From assembly GCA_003551305.1 (NCBI GenBank), contig PUMJ01000156.1, positions 27,325-91,324 of the forward strand: a stretch of DNA of 64,000 nucleotides. The letters are read 5' to 3'. A program made the translations under genes and the position numbers. Under the pieces are notes generated by a model. That model was not told where the DNA came from. It worked only from the letters and a program-made list of their open reading frames with translations, and did no database searches. This DNA comes from Candidatus Brocadiaceae bacterium (GTDB taxonomy: Bacteria; Planctomycetota; Brocadiia; SM23-32). Positions 26,668 through 36,176 of the stretch are shown one piece after another; position 1 is the stretch's first letter, and each line of letters starts with the position of its first letter.

Positions 26668-27188
26668 CCGGCCCCGACCTCCCGGGCCGCCGCCAGGGCC
26701 GCCTCGTAGTCGGGGTGGTCGGTCACCTCCGGGACCAGTTCCTTGTACGCTACCCGGCCCTCCCCGTCTATCACCCACACCGAGCGGGCCAGCAGGCGGA
26801 CCTGCTCGATGAGCACGCCGTAGCGCATCCCGAATTCCGAGAAGACGTGGTCGGAGAGCACCCGGATGCGGTCCACCCCCTCGGCCCCGCAGAAGCGCGC
26901 CAGCGCGGGTGGCAGGTCCTGGCTGATGGCTATCACGGCGACGCCGTCCGGCAGAGCGGATGCCTCCTCGTTGAACCTCTGCGTCTGCACCGCGCAGAGG
27001 TCGGTGTCCACGCTGGCGGCCGCGCTGATGAGGACGACTTTGCCCTCGAAGTCGCGCAGATGGACATGGTTCCACTCGCGGTCAACGGCGATGAACTCCG
27101 GCGCCCGGTCTCCGACCTGAAGATCGGGTCCGAGCAGCGTAACCGGTTCACCCTCCAGCGTGACGGCCCCTTCTCGTTTCTCGACCAT
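26664..27188 (-). CDS. tpx: thiol peroxidase (Tpx / atypical 2-Cys peroxiredoxin)
   Basis: 174 aa redoxin: VGDRAPEFIAVDRE...ISAAASVDTDLCAVQTQRFNEEA...VLSDH.. Confidence 0.75.
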   Translation of the reverse strand: MVEKREGAVTLEGEPVTLLGPDLQVGDRAPEFIAVDREWNHVHLRDFEGKVVLISAAASVDTDLCAVQTQRFNEEASALPDGVAVIAISQDLPPALARFCGAEGVDRIRVLSDHVFSEFGMRYGVLIEQVRLLARSVWVIDGEGRVAYKELVPEVTDHPDYEAALAAAREVGAG

Positions 27189-27354
27189 TGCTCCTTACCC
27201 CCTTTTGAAGTCGGTCTGTCCCGCCCGCAAACTCCCGGGCTCGCCGCAGGCGGGCCGGCGGGCTTCAGGCGAGGCTCCGGCAGTGTGAGCCCCTCCGTCC
27301 AGCGGACCAACTTGTGCCCAGCGGCGGCGGCCCCCGGCTCGCGGGCTGGTGCTC

Positions 27355-28440
27355 TCAGTAGCCGTAGTCAGCGCTCACGCCGCTGCCCATCGGCTTGGCG
27401 TCCGGCTCTATGAGTTGCCTGGCTTCGTCGGTCAATGCGCTGAACTTGTGCCACCAGGGCTTGCTGACCTTCTCGGCCAGGCCCTTTATCTGGCGCATCC
27501 TGGGCAGTGCTATGCAGGCGAAGGACCGCTCCAGCGAGTCCAGGTCCGCGGTCTCTGGCACGGTGAAAGCTTCTTTGAAGTAGGCCCTGCCGCACATGGG
27601 CCCGGCGAACAGGTCGCTGACCAGCGCGTACTGGGCGGCGTATTGCTCGAAGTCCACCGCCGCGCTCAGAAGCAGCATGGGGCGGTCCACGATCGAGTAC
27701 ATGGTGACCGCTGCGCTGCGGACCTCGTCCGGCGAGCTTATCCGCTCGATGGCGCCGTCCTTGTTCTCGATCCAGAGCACGGGCACCTGGGTCTTGTAGA
27801 AGTGGCCCAGGGGGCCGAAGTCCTCGGCCATGCGCACGACGCCGTCGGGCAGGCGGCGCGCCATCTCGGCCTTGCTCTCTGCGGGCCGCTGGGCGATGAG
27901 CGTCTCGTTGAACAGCGGCTTGCCCAGTTCACAGCAGGTCTCGAACACGCCCTGGAGCCACTCCAGGTTACGCTGCCAGCTTTCCTCGTGGTCGGGGTCC
28001 AGCTTGACCAGGGTCTTGAAGCCGTCAACGCGCTCGGCCACCTCCTCGGGCTGGACGGCCAGTTGGGCCAGCTGGCCGCGCCCGCCGTCAATTTCGACGG
28101 TGTTGGTGTCCTCCAGCCGGCCGATCAGCATGGTCTTATCGCCGAGCAACTCGCGAAAGCCCGGGCTCAGGTAGGCCAGGTGGTTGAACAGGGCCGCCGA
28201 CGGCACGCCCCCCAGGGCGCGGGCGAAGCGGCGGCAGATGTCGCGCACGTCGTCGTCGGTCGCCTCGCGTTCCTCGCCCACGTGCTGCAGGTAGGAGCCG
28301 AACAGCCGCAGATACGAGCTGTGCTGGTCGGAGGCGAACACGTCCAGCGTGCCCCCCGGCGCGAAGCGCGCCAGCACGCGGAAGACCTCTTCGCTCACAC
28401 CCGTCCCGTCCTCGAACTGCGCCCATTGCGTCATCGGCAC
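27355..28440 (-). CDS. class I aldolase of the LacD / YihT (tagatose-1,6-bisphosphate / sulfofructose-phosphate aldolase) family
   Basis: GTLDVFASDQHSSYLRL and GPMCGRAYFKEAF resemble LacD motifs (IISALAFDQRGALKRM and GVLCGRATW); 361 aa. Confidence 0.5.
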   Translation of the reverse strand: MPMTQWAQFEDGTGVSEEVFRVLARFAPGGTLDVFASDQHSSYLRLFGSYLQHVGEEREATDDDVRDICRRFARALGGVPSAALFNHLAYLSPGFRELLGDKTMLIGRLEDTNTVEIDGGRGQLAQLAVQPEEVAERVDGFKTLVKLDPDHEESWQRNLEWLQGVFETCCELGKPLFNETLIAQRPAESKAEMARRLPDGVVRMAEDFGPLGHFYKTQVPVLWIENKDGAIERISSPDEVRSAAVTMYSIVDRPMLLLSAAVDFEQYAAQYALVSDLFAGPMCGRAYFKEAFTVPETADLDSLERSFACIALPRMRQIKGLAEKVSKPWWHKFSALTDEARQLIEPDAKPMGSGVSADYGY

Positions 28441-28522
28441 TCACCTCTTCTTCGTCGAAAGCAACAGCATGTTACGAGGGCCGTCCGTCCGTCGGACCAC
28501 CCGACCCGGAGGGCTGCCCCGG

Positions 28523-28963
28523 TCAGGTTATGACGATCTTCCTGACGCCCTCACGCTTCTTTTTCGGCATCGTTACCGTCAGGACGCCGTCCTCGTAGCG
28601 GGCGCCGGTGGCGTCGGCATCAACATCCACCGGCAGGTGGATGATGCGGTGGAAGTCGCCGACGGCGCGCTCGCGGTAGTAGGGCTCCGCCCCCTCGGCC
28701 ACCTCGGAAGGCGGCCGGGAGCCTTCGACGAGAAGGTGCTGTTCCCTGAGCGAGACGGAGACATCCCGCCCCTCCATGCCGGGCAGATCGAGCTGCACGA
28801 CGATCCGGTCATCGCAGTCGTAGATGTCCACGGCCGGATGCCAGAGCCCCTCACGGCTCACAGGCAGCACGGGGCCGCCCATCATGCGGCGCCACATCTC
28901 GCCCATACGCTCTTCGAGACTCGGCTCGTCCGGCCTGGCGTCACGAACAGGTATCTTGGCCAT
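28523..28963 (-). CDS. Hsp20/alpha-crystallin small heat-shock protein
   Basis: alpha-crystallin domain: AVDIYDCDDRIVVQLDLPGMEGRDVSVSLREQHLLVEG...GDFHRIIHLPVDVDADATGARYEDGVLTVTMPK. Confidence 0.8.
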   Translation of the reverse strand: MAKIPVRDARPDEPSLEERMGEMWRRMMGGPVLPVSREGLWHPAVDIYDCDDRIVVQLDLPGMEGRDVSVSLREQHLLVEGSRPPSEVAEGAEPYYRERAVGDFHRIIHLPVDVDADATGARYEDGVLTVTMPKKKREGVRKIVIT

Positions 28964-28986
28964 CGTTGCCCCCCCGTAGATGTGAT

Positions 28987-29013
28987 GACCGCCGGCCCGG
29001 CGGACCGGCGGTC
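28987..29013 (-). terminator. GC-rich hairpin just after the ferredoxin stop (putative terminator, no U-tract)
   Basis: 9-bp stem gaccgccgg/ccggcggtc with a 9-nt loop, 8 nt downstream of the TAA at 29021..29023 on the transcribed strand. Confidence 0.3.
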
Positions 29014-29020
29014 GCTCTGG

Positions 29021-29209
29021 TTATTCCTCCACCACGATTATGGCCTCTGTCGGGCATTCTTCGACCGATTGCATGACGGCTTCTTCGTGCTCCTCGGGCA
29101 CCTCGTCCACGATGACTTCGGCGAACTCATCCCCCATAACGAAAACCTCGGGGCAGGTGTCCTCGCACAGTCCGCAAAGAATGCAATCTTCGTTGATCTC
29201 GACCTTCAT
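29021..29209 (-). CDS. small single-cluster ferredoxin
   Basis: MKVEINEDCILCGLCEDTCP...ECPTEAI gives a CxxCxxC...CP cluster ligand pattern in a 62-aa acidic protein. Confidence 0.7.
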   Translation of the reverse strand: MKVEINEDCILCGLCEDTCPEVFVMGDEFAEVIVDEVPEEHEEAVMQSVEECPTEAIIVVEE

Positions 29210-29384
29210 CGCTGCTCCTCGCAAGCAGTTTCAGGAATGAAATGACAAAGCAATCTGTCCTCTGGGGTTAGGCAAACAGTCACCTGCCCCTCTCAGATAC
29301 CGACCCGCGGGCCGAATGTCAAGCAAACACCGCCCGAAATCGAACGGATCCGCTCGGGTTCACGCCGCATCCCCCGCGATTTCC

Positions 29385-30035
29385 TCACCGCCGCTCGGGG
29401 CGCATCTCCATCAGCGCACCCAGGATAGCACTATTGAACATCGGAATATCATCCGGCACGCGGGACGTGACGAGGTTATCGTCCATGACGACGGGTTCAT
29501 CGAGGTATTCGGCGCCGGCCTCGCGCAGTTCGTCAGCTATACCGCTGACGCCTGTGACGGTTCGGCCTTCGAGCACGCCGGCGGTCACGAGCACCTGCGG
29601 CCCGTGGCAGATGGCGGCGACAAGTTTGCCGGACTCGACGAAGGCCCGTGCGAACTCGACCGCCGGTTCATGCTCACGCAACACCCCCGGCCCATGCCCA
29701 CCGGGCAGAATGAGGCCGTCAAACTCCTCGACGCTCGCATCGGCCACGGCCATCTCGATCTGCACGGTCTGGTCGCTGTTGTACGCCGTCACCTCACCGA
29801 CCGCGGGGCCGATGATGACCGTCTGCGCCCCCTGGTCTTCCAGATACTCCTTCGGCCTCAGTGTCTCGCCGTCGTGGAAACCTTCGGCCACCATGATGGC
29901 CACGCGCACGCCCTCCAGCATCTGCACCGGCTCCGGCGGCGTCGGAGGCTCCACAACCGGCTCTTCCGGGCAACCCGTACCGACCAGGACCACGGCCAAC
30001 ATCACGACACATACCAGCACGGACAGAGGTCTCAT
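29385..30035 (-). CDS. DJ-1/PfpI-family protein (class I glutamine-amidotransferase-like), probable lipoprotein
   Basis: From Met22 (GGGAGGTG RBS): MRPLSVLVCVVMLAVVLVGTGC (signal/lipobox-like); nucleophile elbow AAICHGP; DGLILPGGHG. Confidence 0.75.
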   Translation of the reverse strand: MRPLSVLVCVVMLAVVLVGTGCPEEPVVEPPTPPEPVQMLEGVRVAIMVAEGFHDGETLRPKEYLEDQGAQTVIIGPAVGEVTAYNSDQTVQIEMAVADASVEEFDGLILPGGHGPGVLREHEPAVEFARAFVESGKLVAAICHGPQVLVTAGVLEGRTVTGVSGIADELREAGAEYLDEPVVMDDNLVTSRVPDDIPMFNSAILGALMEMRPERR

Positions 30036-30450
30036 TGCAGCACCTCCCGGGTAAAAGGATGTCAAGAGGCTGCCAGAACCCTCAGGCCTCTCACTCAACT
30101 TCTCCCCCTGAGGAGATCGAAAGCCCCATCGTTCTAACAGCTCGACTATCTCCCTCCCTATAAGGTGAGGCTTCAGGCGCGTTTGTCAAGGGATTTTTCT
30201 GTCGGATTCGCAACTGGAGTCCTCGCAGGGGTTCAGGCTCGTGCAATTCCCTGGTCCCGGGCGGGGAGATGCCGCCCCGCCGGGGGGCAACGGCGATGGA
30301 ACTGCCGCCGCCACAGCCCGCCCTACGGCGGGCGGCTCAGAGGTAGGCCGGCGCGACCGCCGGGAACCCCGGGCACAAGAGGTCCCCTCCCCCGTCCGGC
30401 GCCTGTGCGCGTTGCCCACGGGAACCGGAACGCGTTATTTGCCCGGACAG

Positions 30451-30774
30451 TCACAGCACGGGCGAGCCGGGCGAAAGGTCTTCGGCCAGCGTCAGCACCA
30501 CCACCTTGTCCCCGTCCTGAGCGGCCAGAAGCATGCCCTCGCTCTTGACGCCGCGCAACTGGGCCGGCTCCAGGTTCGTCACCACCACTATCTGCATCCC
30601 TTCGAGCTCTTCCGGCTCGTAGTAATCCTTCAGCCCGGCCACGAGCGTGCGGGGCCGGTCCTCCCCCACGTCCACCCGCATGACCATCAGCTTGTCCGCG
30701 TCCGGATGGTCCTCCACGGAGATGACCCTGCCGGTCTTCATCTCGACCTTCTTGAAATCCTGGATGCTTATCAT
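30451..30774 (-). CDS. tRNA-binding domain protein (CsaA/Trbp111-like OB fold)
   Basis: From Met88 of the track ORF (AAGGAGTG RBS): MISIQDFKKVEMKTGRVISVEDHPDADKLMVMRVDVGE...VTNLEPAQLRGVKSEGMLLAA, 107 aa. Confidence 0.7.
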   Translation of the reverse strand: MISIQDFKKVEMKTGRVISVEDHPDADKLMVMRVDVGEDRPRTLVAGLKDYYEPEELEGMQIVVVTNLEPAQLRGVKSEGMLLAAQDGDKVVVLTLAEDLSPGSPVL

Positions 30775-31099
30775 CGTCCCACTCCTTTCAGCCGAACCGC
30801 CCATCTGGCTTGGTGCTCTGAACGCCGAGGTGTTATGGTAGGGGCGGCTTCGCGAGGTTTCAAGGCGTTTCGCTCCCCGGCAGTTGGGGGAGGCGATGGG
30901 TGATAAGCGCCATAACACTCTGTGTAAGGTAGTTCCTGGATAAGAGGTTCGACATGCCGACCGTGCGCGTCCGGTGGCGCAAGGTATCGGTGGAAGAGTC
31001 GGTCGAAGCAGATTCCGCAACCGGGACCGGCCCACACAGGCGGGAAATCCCGAAGTCCTGGTGACATCCGCGAGGGGTGATCAAGCAAGGAGGGAGACC

Positions 31100-33298
31100 A
31101 TGGCCACGCAATCCCAACCGCAACCCGACGAACCCGACACGCCCGCCCTGGCCCCGCCCGAGGTGCACAGGGGCCCCGACCCGACCCGGGCCGTCAGGAC
31201 CCGCGCCTTCCAGGGCATCCCCAGTCTCGCCTGCGGTCCGCAGCGCCGCCGTTACGCCGTCTGGTACGGCGGCCCGACCCCCGGGGAGGACGACAATAAC
31301 TACGTAATCCTGGCGGTCAGCGTGGACGACGGCGCCACCTGGTCGGAGCGGCTGATCATCGACCCCGACGGCCCGGGGCCGGTGCGCGCCTTCGACCCGC
31401 AGGTCTGGCTGACCCCCGACGGCCGGCTGTGGGTTTTCTGGGCCCAGGAAGCAAAAGCCTCTCGCCCCGGCGGCCCCTGTGGCGTGTGGGCCATCTCGGC
31501 CCCCGAGGAGGCATGCTGCGCCCCGGACTGCCCGTGGTCGGAACCGCGCCGGCTCTGCGACGGCGTGATGATGGGCAAACCCCTGACCCTGACCGACGGC
31601 ACCTGGGCCCTGCCGGTTTCCTTCTGGAACCGGCGCGAGGCGGCCAGCGCGGGGATGGTGGTCTCGACCGATGCCGGGGCCACCTGGTCCGAGCGCGGGG
31701 CCTGCACCGTGCCCGAGGAGGTCCGCGACCACGACGAGCATCAGATAGTCGAGCGGCGCGACGGCTCCCTGTGGATGCTGGTGCGCACCCGCACCGGCAT
31801 CGGCGAGAGCCGCTCCGAGGACAGCGGGCGCACCTGGTCCGATCTGGAGCCGTCGGACATCCCTCACGTCGTCTCCCGCTTCTTCATCCGGCGCCTGCAC
31901 TCGGGGAATCTGTTGCTGGTGCGGCACGACCCCGCCGACGGCGACTTCGCAGACGGCACCTCGCGGGGCACCCGCTCGCACCTCACCGCGTTCGTCTCCG
32001 ACGACGACGGCGCCTCCTGGCAGGGCGGCCTGCTGCTGGACGAGCGCACCCACGTCTCTTACCCCGACGGCGACCAGGCCGAGGACGGCACCATCTGGAT
32101 CACCTATGACTACCGGCGCACCGCCGACCGCGCCATCCTGCTGGCCGGTTTCACCGAGGCCGATATCCGGGCCGCCGATGCCGATGCACCCTCCGTGCGG
32201 CGACGGATGGTGATAAGCGCCCCGCCGTCCGGCATCGACGTCGGCGTCGAACCGCCTGACCCGCCCAACGACGGGATCCTGTTCGTGGACCACTCAAGAG
32301 ACGGGCGCAGTGGCCATCTGGGCCACGCCCTGGTTGAGTACGGGCCGGGGAAGATTCTGGCCTTTTATGCGAACTGTTCGGACGACAACGGCGGACATTC
32401 GGCCGTCGGCTGGATGGAGTACAGGCGCTCCGAGGACGGCGGCCGCACCTGGGGCGCAGCGGTGGCCCTGGACTACTCGAAGCGCACGTACGAGGCCGGC
32501 GCCGGCCGGTCGGTCATGTGTGAGAAGGCGATTTGCACGGACGAAGGCGACATCGTCCTGTTCAACCTCGAATGCGACATCGCCACCAGCGCCCTGTGGC
32601 GACCCTACGGAACACCCACCTGCCTGCGCAGTTCGGACGACGGGCACACCTGGTCGGATGCCAGGCCCTTGAGCGATCAGCGGGGGCGGGTCTATGACGT
32701 CATTCGCCACAAGGATGCCATCCTGGCCCTGGAGTTCTGCAATGACGCGACCGAGACCTGGACCGGCACTCGGCCGGAGCACGTGTACACTCTCTACGCC
32801 AGCACGGACGGCGGGGAGACCTTTTGCCCCCGCAGCATCCTGCCTTTCGATACCGAGGGCCGGGGCTACGGCACCATGGCGGTGCTGCGCGACGGCAGCT
32901 TGATTGCATACATCTACAACAAGGCCGACGAACAGCACCTCGATTACGTGATCAGCCATGACGACGGAAGGACCTGGAGCAGACCCGGCCGGGCGTTCTT
33001 CGCCCGACACATCCGCAACCCGCAGATGGCCGCGTTCAAGGACGGCTACGTGCTGCACGGCCGCAGCGGCAATTTCGGGGAAGAGGCCGCCAAAGGGCAT
33101 CTGGTGCTTTACACCTCGGGCGACGGCATCCACTGGGATGAAGGCCGCTACCTGCAACGTCGTAGCGCCGGGCTCGGCGCCTACTCGAACAACCTGCTTG
33201 TCCACGACCCCGAGGCGCAGCGCGAACGCCTGCTCATCCAGGCATCGCACGCCTACGACCGCAACATGACCAACATCCACCACTGGTGGCTGACGTAA
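31100..33298 (+). CDS. BNR-repeat (sialidase/GH33-like) two-propeller protein, no signal peptide
   Basis: Start at Met43 (AGGAGGGAGACC-ATG). At least 8 Asp-box motifs: SVDDGATWS, STDAGATWS, SEDSGRTWS, SDDDGASWQ, SEDGGRTWG, SSDDGHTWS, STDGGETF, SHDDGRTWS. Confidence 0.75.
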   Translation: MATQSQPQPDEPDTPALAPPEVHRGPDPTRAVRTRAFQGIPSLACGPQRRRYAVWYGGPTPGEDDNNYVILAVSVDDGATWSERLIIDPDGPGPVRAFDPQVWLTPDGRLWVFWAQEAKASRPGGPCGVWAISAPEEACCAPDCPWSEPRRLCDGVMMGKPLTLTDGTWALPVSFWNRREAASAGMVVSTDAGATWSERGACTVPEEVRDHDEHQIVERRDGSLWMLVRTRTGIGESRSEDSGRTWSDLEPSDIPHVVSRFFIRRLHSGNLLLVRHDPADGDFADGTSRGTRSHLTAFVSDDDGASWQGGLLLDERTHVSYPDGDQAEDGTIWITYDYRRTADRAILLAGFTEADIRAADADAPSVRRRMVISAPPSGIDVGVEPPDPPNDGILFVDHSRDGRSGHLGHALVEYGPGKILAFYANCSDDNGGHSAVGWMEYRRSEDGGRTWGAAVALDYSKRTYEAGAGRSVMCEKAICTDEGDIVLFNLECDIATSALWRPYGTPTCLRSSDDGHTWSDARPLSDQRGRVYDVIRHKDAILALEFCNDATETWTGTRPEHVYTLYASTDGGETFCPRSILPFDTEGRGYGTMAVLRDGSLIAYIYNKADEQHLDYVISHDDGRTWSRPGRAFFARHIRNPQMAAFKDGYVLHGRSGNFGEEAAKGHLVLYTSGDGIHWDEGRYLQRRSAGLGAYSNNLLVHDPEAQRERLLIQASHAYDRNMTNIHHWWLT

Positions 33299-33399
33299 CG
33301 TGAAAGCATCGCCCCCGGGGGCATGCCTGCGTGCGGCTGCGCCCGGCGCCGCGAAACACGCAACTTTCGCAGAACCGGACAAACAGTGAAGGAGAGATC

Positions 33400-34737
33400 A
33401 TGCGGCTTCGGGTTAGCCCCGACGGGCATTTTCTGCAGCATGCAGACGGAACGCCGTTCTTCTACCTGGCCGACACGGCGTGGATGCTGGCCAACAAGCT
33501 GACGGAAGCGGAAGCACGCCGCCTGTTCGAGGACCGGGCCGCGAAGGGCTTCACGGCGATCCAGGCCGTGGTCTTTCGAGACATGTTCGAGGTCAACACC
33601 CCGAACGTGTACGGCGTCCGTCCTTTCGCCGGCGAGGCTGAACTGCACGCCGTGGAGATCAACCCCCGGTGGATCGAGTATGTGGTCCGCCTGACGAACG
33701 TGGCGGCGGAATACGGTCTGGTGATGGCCTGGCTGCCCACGTGGGGCGACAAGTGGAATGAGCACTCCAACTCGGCAGGCCCCGTCGTCATGGACGAGCG
33801 CTCGGGCGAGGCCTACTGCCACGATCTTTCCGATGCCCTCGGGGAGTGTGAGAACGTGATCTGGATCCTCGGCGGGGACAGTCCCATCAGGACCCAGGCG
33901 CACGCCGATATCGTGCGCGCCATGGCGCACGGTATCCGGGCCGGTGCGAGCGGGGACCGGTTGATCAGCTACCATCCCTCGGGTGGCTCGTCGTCGGCCA
34001 TCTTCCACGCTGAAGCCTGGCTGGACATCAACGCCGTGCAGTCGGGGCACGCCCGGTTGAACGTGCCGAACTACCGCTCGATCGAAACGTTCTATCACAC
34101 GTCGCCCCCCAAGCCCTGCCTGGATTTCGAGCCCAACTACGAGGGGATGCCGGTCGGCTTCGGCCGCCAGAACGGCATCGAACCGGAGCAGCGCGCCTTC
34201 TTCGACGACTACGACGTGCGCCGGAGCCTCTACCGCAGCGTGCTGGCGGGCGCGGCGGGCTTCACGTACGGCTGCGATCCGGTGCGCCAGATCTACCGGC
34301 CCGGCGACCGATGCCATGCATGGGACGGTCGCTGCATCGAGACGTGGAGCGAAGCACTCGATGCGCCGGGTTCGTCCCAACTGCAACTGCTGAAGCAACG
34401 GCTGTTGGAGCGCAGCTACTTCTCCCGGCTGCCCGCCCAGGAACTGCTGCTGGAGCCGAAAAGCGACGGCGCCGACCATCCCGTCGCGCACGCCGCCGTC
34501 GCGCGCTGCAGCGAAGGCGGTTACATTATGGTGTATGTCCCGATCCGTCAGATGCTTACCATTGACACATCGGTCCTGGCGGCCCGGCGACTCCGCGTAT
34601 CCGTCTACGGCCCCGAAGCCTGCGTATGCCGTCGATCATGGGAAATGGACAACGAGGGAGTCTTCCGTTACATCCCGCCACGGAGGCTTGACACGTTCAT
34701 CACGATCGACGCGGTGGAGCCGGAGGGTACGGTGTGA
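33400..34737 (+). CDS. DUF4038 (GH140-like) putative glycoside hydrolase
   Basis: From Met24 (GAAGGAGAG RBS): MRLRVSPDGHFLQHADGTPFFYLADTAWMLANKLTEAEARRLFEDRAAKGFTAIQ is the conserved DUF4038 N-terminus. Confidence 0.65.
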   Translation: MRLRVSPDGHFLQHADGTPFFYLADTAWMLANKLTEAEARRLFEDRAAKGFTAIQAVVFRDMFEVNTPNVYGVRPFAGEAELHAVEINPRWIEYVVRLTNVAAEYGLVMAWLPTWGDKWNEHSNSAGPVVMDERSGEAYCHDLSDALGECENVIWILGGDSPIRTQAHADIVRAMAHGIRAGASGDRLISYHPSGGSSSAIFHAEAWLDINAVQSGHARLNVPNYRSIETFYHTSPPKPCLDFEPNYEGMPVGFGRQNGIEPEQRAFFDDYDVRRSLYRSVLAGAAGFTYGCDPVRQIYRPGDRCHAWDGRCIETWSEALDAPGSSQLQLLKQRLLERSYFSRLPAQELLLEPKSDGADHPVAHAAVARCSEGGYIMVYVPIRQMLTIDTSVLAARRLRVSVYGPEACVCRRSWEMDNEGVFRYIPPRRLDTFITIDAVEPEGTV

Positions 34738-36176
34738 TAGACAGGAGTAGCCCCACGCGGGCTGCCGCCACCTGTCCGACATGTTCTATCCTATTCGCCT
34801 TGAGCAAAACGCGGCCAAACGACCGAAAGGGCCATATTGTGGTCAATTCACCGCCACCGGGATCGAAACCGCCGCTGCGCTTCGAAGTCATTGTGTGCGG
34901 CGGCGGACCGGCCGGGATATGCGCCGCCATCACCGCCGCCGAGACCGGGCGACGGACGCTTCTGGTCGAGGCCGCCGGACGACTGGGCGGGACCGGCGTC
35001 AACGCCCTGGTCAACCAGATTCGCCGCTGGACCGACACCTCATACGTGGAGCGCTTCCTCGATCGCCTGGACGGCTTTGTGGACGACAGCGAGTTCCTCG
35101 ACCTGCGCTATGCTGACCTGGTGCAAGAGGCCGGCGCCGAGATACTTCTGCATGCCACCGTGGGGGAGACGGTGCTGCGGCCTGTTGCGCAAGGGAGTGG
35201 GGGGCCGACGGTGGCCGGTGTGCGCCTGGCCACACCCTCCGGACCGCTGACGGTCGAGGCCGAACGTGTGGTCGATGCCAGCGGCGATGGTGTCGTCGCC
35301 TTCCTGGCCGGTGCGGCCTTCGACTGCGGTCGCCCGGAAGACGGCCTGATGCAGCCGGCGACCATCATGTTCAGGGTCGGCGGCGTCGACCACCCGGCGA
35401 CTATGGAGGCCCGGGGCGGCCGCGGCAGCTACCGCTTCCCCGATGGTTCCACCTGGGACCAACTTACCATGGCTGCCTGCGCCCGCGGCGAGTTGCCGCC
35501 CAATGTCGGCAAGGTACGGACCTATCCGGCCGAGCGCCGGGACGAACGCTACATCAATGCTACCCAGATTAACCATGTCGACGGAACCGACCCCTTCGAC
35601 CTCACCCACGCCGAACTGGAGGGGCGCCGCCAGGTGCCTGTGATCATGGACTTCCTGCGTCGATACGCCCCGGGCTTCGCAGATGCCTACGTGTCTTTGA
35701 TGCCGGCGGTGGTGGGGATTCGGGAAACACGGCGCTTCCGTGGGCTGTACACTCTACGCCGCGAGGACTGCCTGACCGGTCGGAGGTGGGATGATGCGGT
35801 GGTGACCGGTTGCCGGGCACCGATAGACATCCACAACCCGGATGGACCGGGACAGGTCGAAGGAGTTTCGAAGGAACACCCGGCCGGACGTGACCCCGCC
35901 CCGCAACCCTACGACATCCCCTACGGTTGCCTGGTACCCGAGGCTCTCGACGGTCTGCTGCTGGCCGGCCGCTGCATCAGCGGTGACCATGGCGCCCACG
36001 CCTCCTACCGCTGGCAATCGCTGTGCATGGCCACCGGGGCAGCCGCCGGCTTCGCCGCCGCCGCATCACTGGATCAGAATGTGCAACCTCGCGATCTTGA
36101 CATCCGCCCCGTCCAGAACGCCCTGGGGATCGTCCGTCCGCAGGACGCCTCCAACGCGGAAGGGACCCAACCATGA
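34734..36176 (+). CDS. FAD-dependent oxidoreductase (PF12831-like), paralog 1
   Basis: FEVIVCGGGPAGICAAITAAETG (GxGxxG)...GDGVVAFLAG... Start uncertain: the track GTG at 34734 overlaps the upstream TGA (GTGA); an alternative GTG lies at 34839. Confidence 0.6.
   Translation: MIDRSSPTRAAATCPTCSILFALSKTRPNDRKGHIVVNSPPPGSKPPLRFEVIVCGGGPAGICAAITAAETGRRTLLVEAAGRLGGTGVNALVNQIRRWTDTSYVERFLDRLDGFVDDSEFLDLRYADLVQEAGAEILLHATVGETVLRPVAQGSGGPTVAGVRLATPSGPLTVEAERVVDASGDGVVAFLAGAAFDCGRPEDGLMQPATIMFRVGGVDHPATMEARGGRGSYRFPDGSTWDQLTMAACARGELPPNVGKVRTYPAERRDERYINATQINHVDGTDPFDLTHAELEGRRQVPVIMDFLRRYAPGFADAYVSLMPAVVGIRETRRFRGLYTLRREDCLTGRRWDDAVVTGCRAPIDIHNPDGPGQVEGVSKEHPAGRDPAPQPYDIPYGCLVPEALDGLLLAGRCISGDHGAHASYRWQSLCMATGAAAGFAAAASLDQNVQPRDLDIRPVQNALGIVRPQDASNAEGTQP

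Noticed and set aside
30775-31099. 9-bp inverted repeat gtgttatgg...ccataacac in the divergent csaA/BNR intergenic region as an operator
   Set aside because: A short palindrome with about 75-bp spacing and no second copy elsewhere in the window. It is too weak to call.
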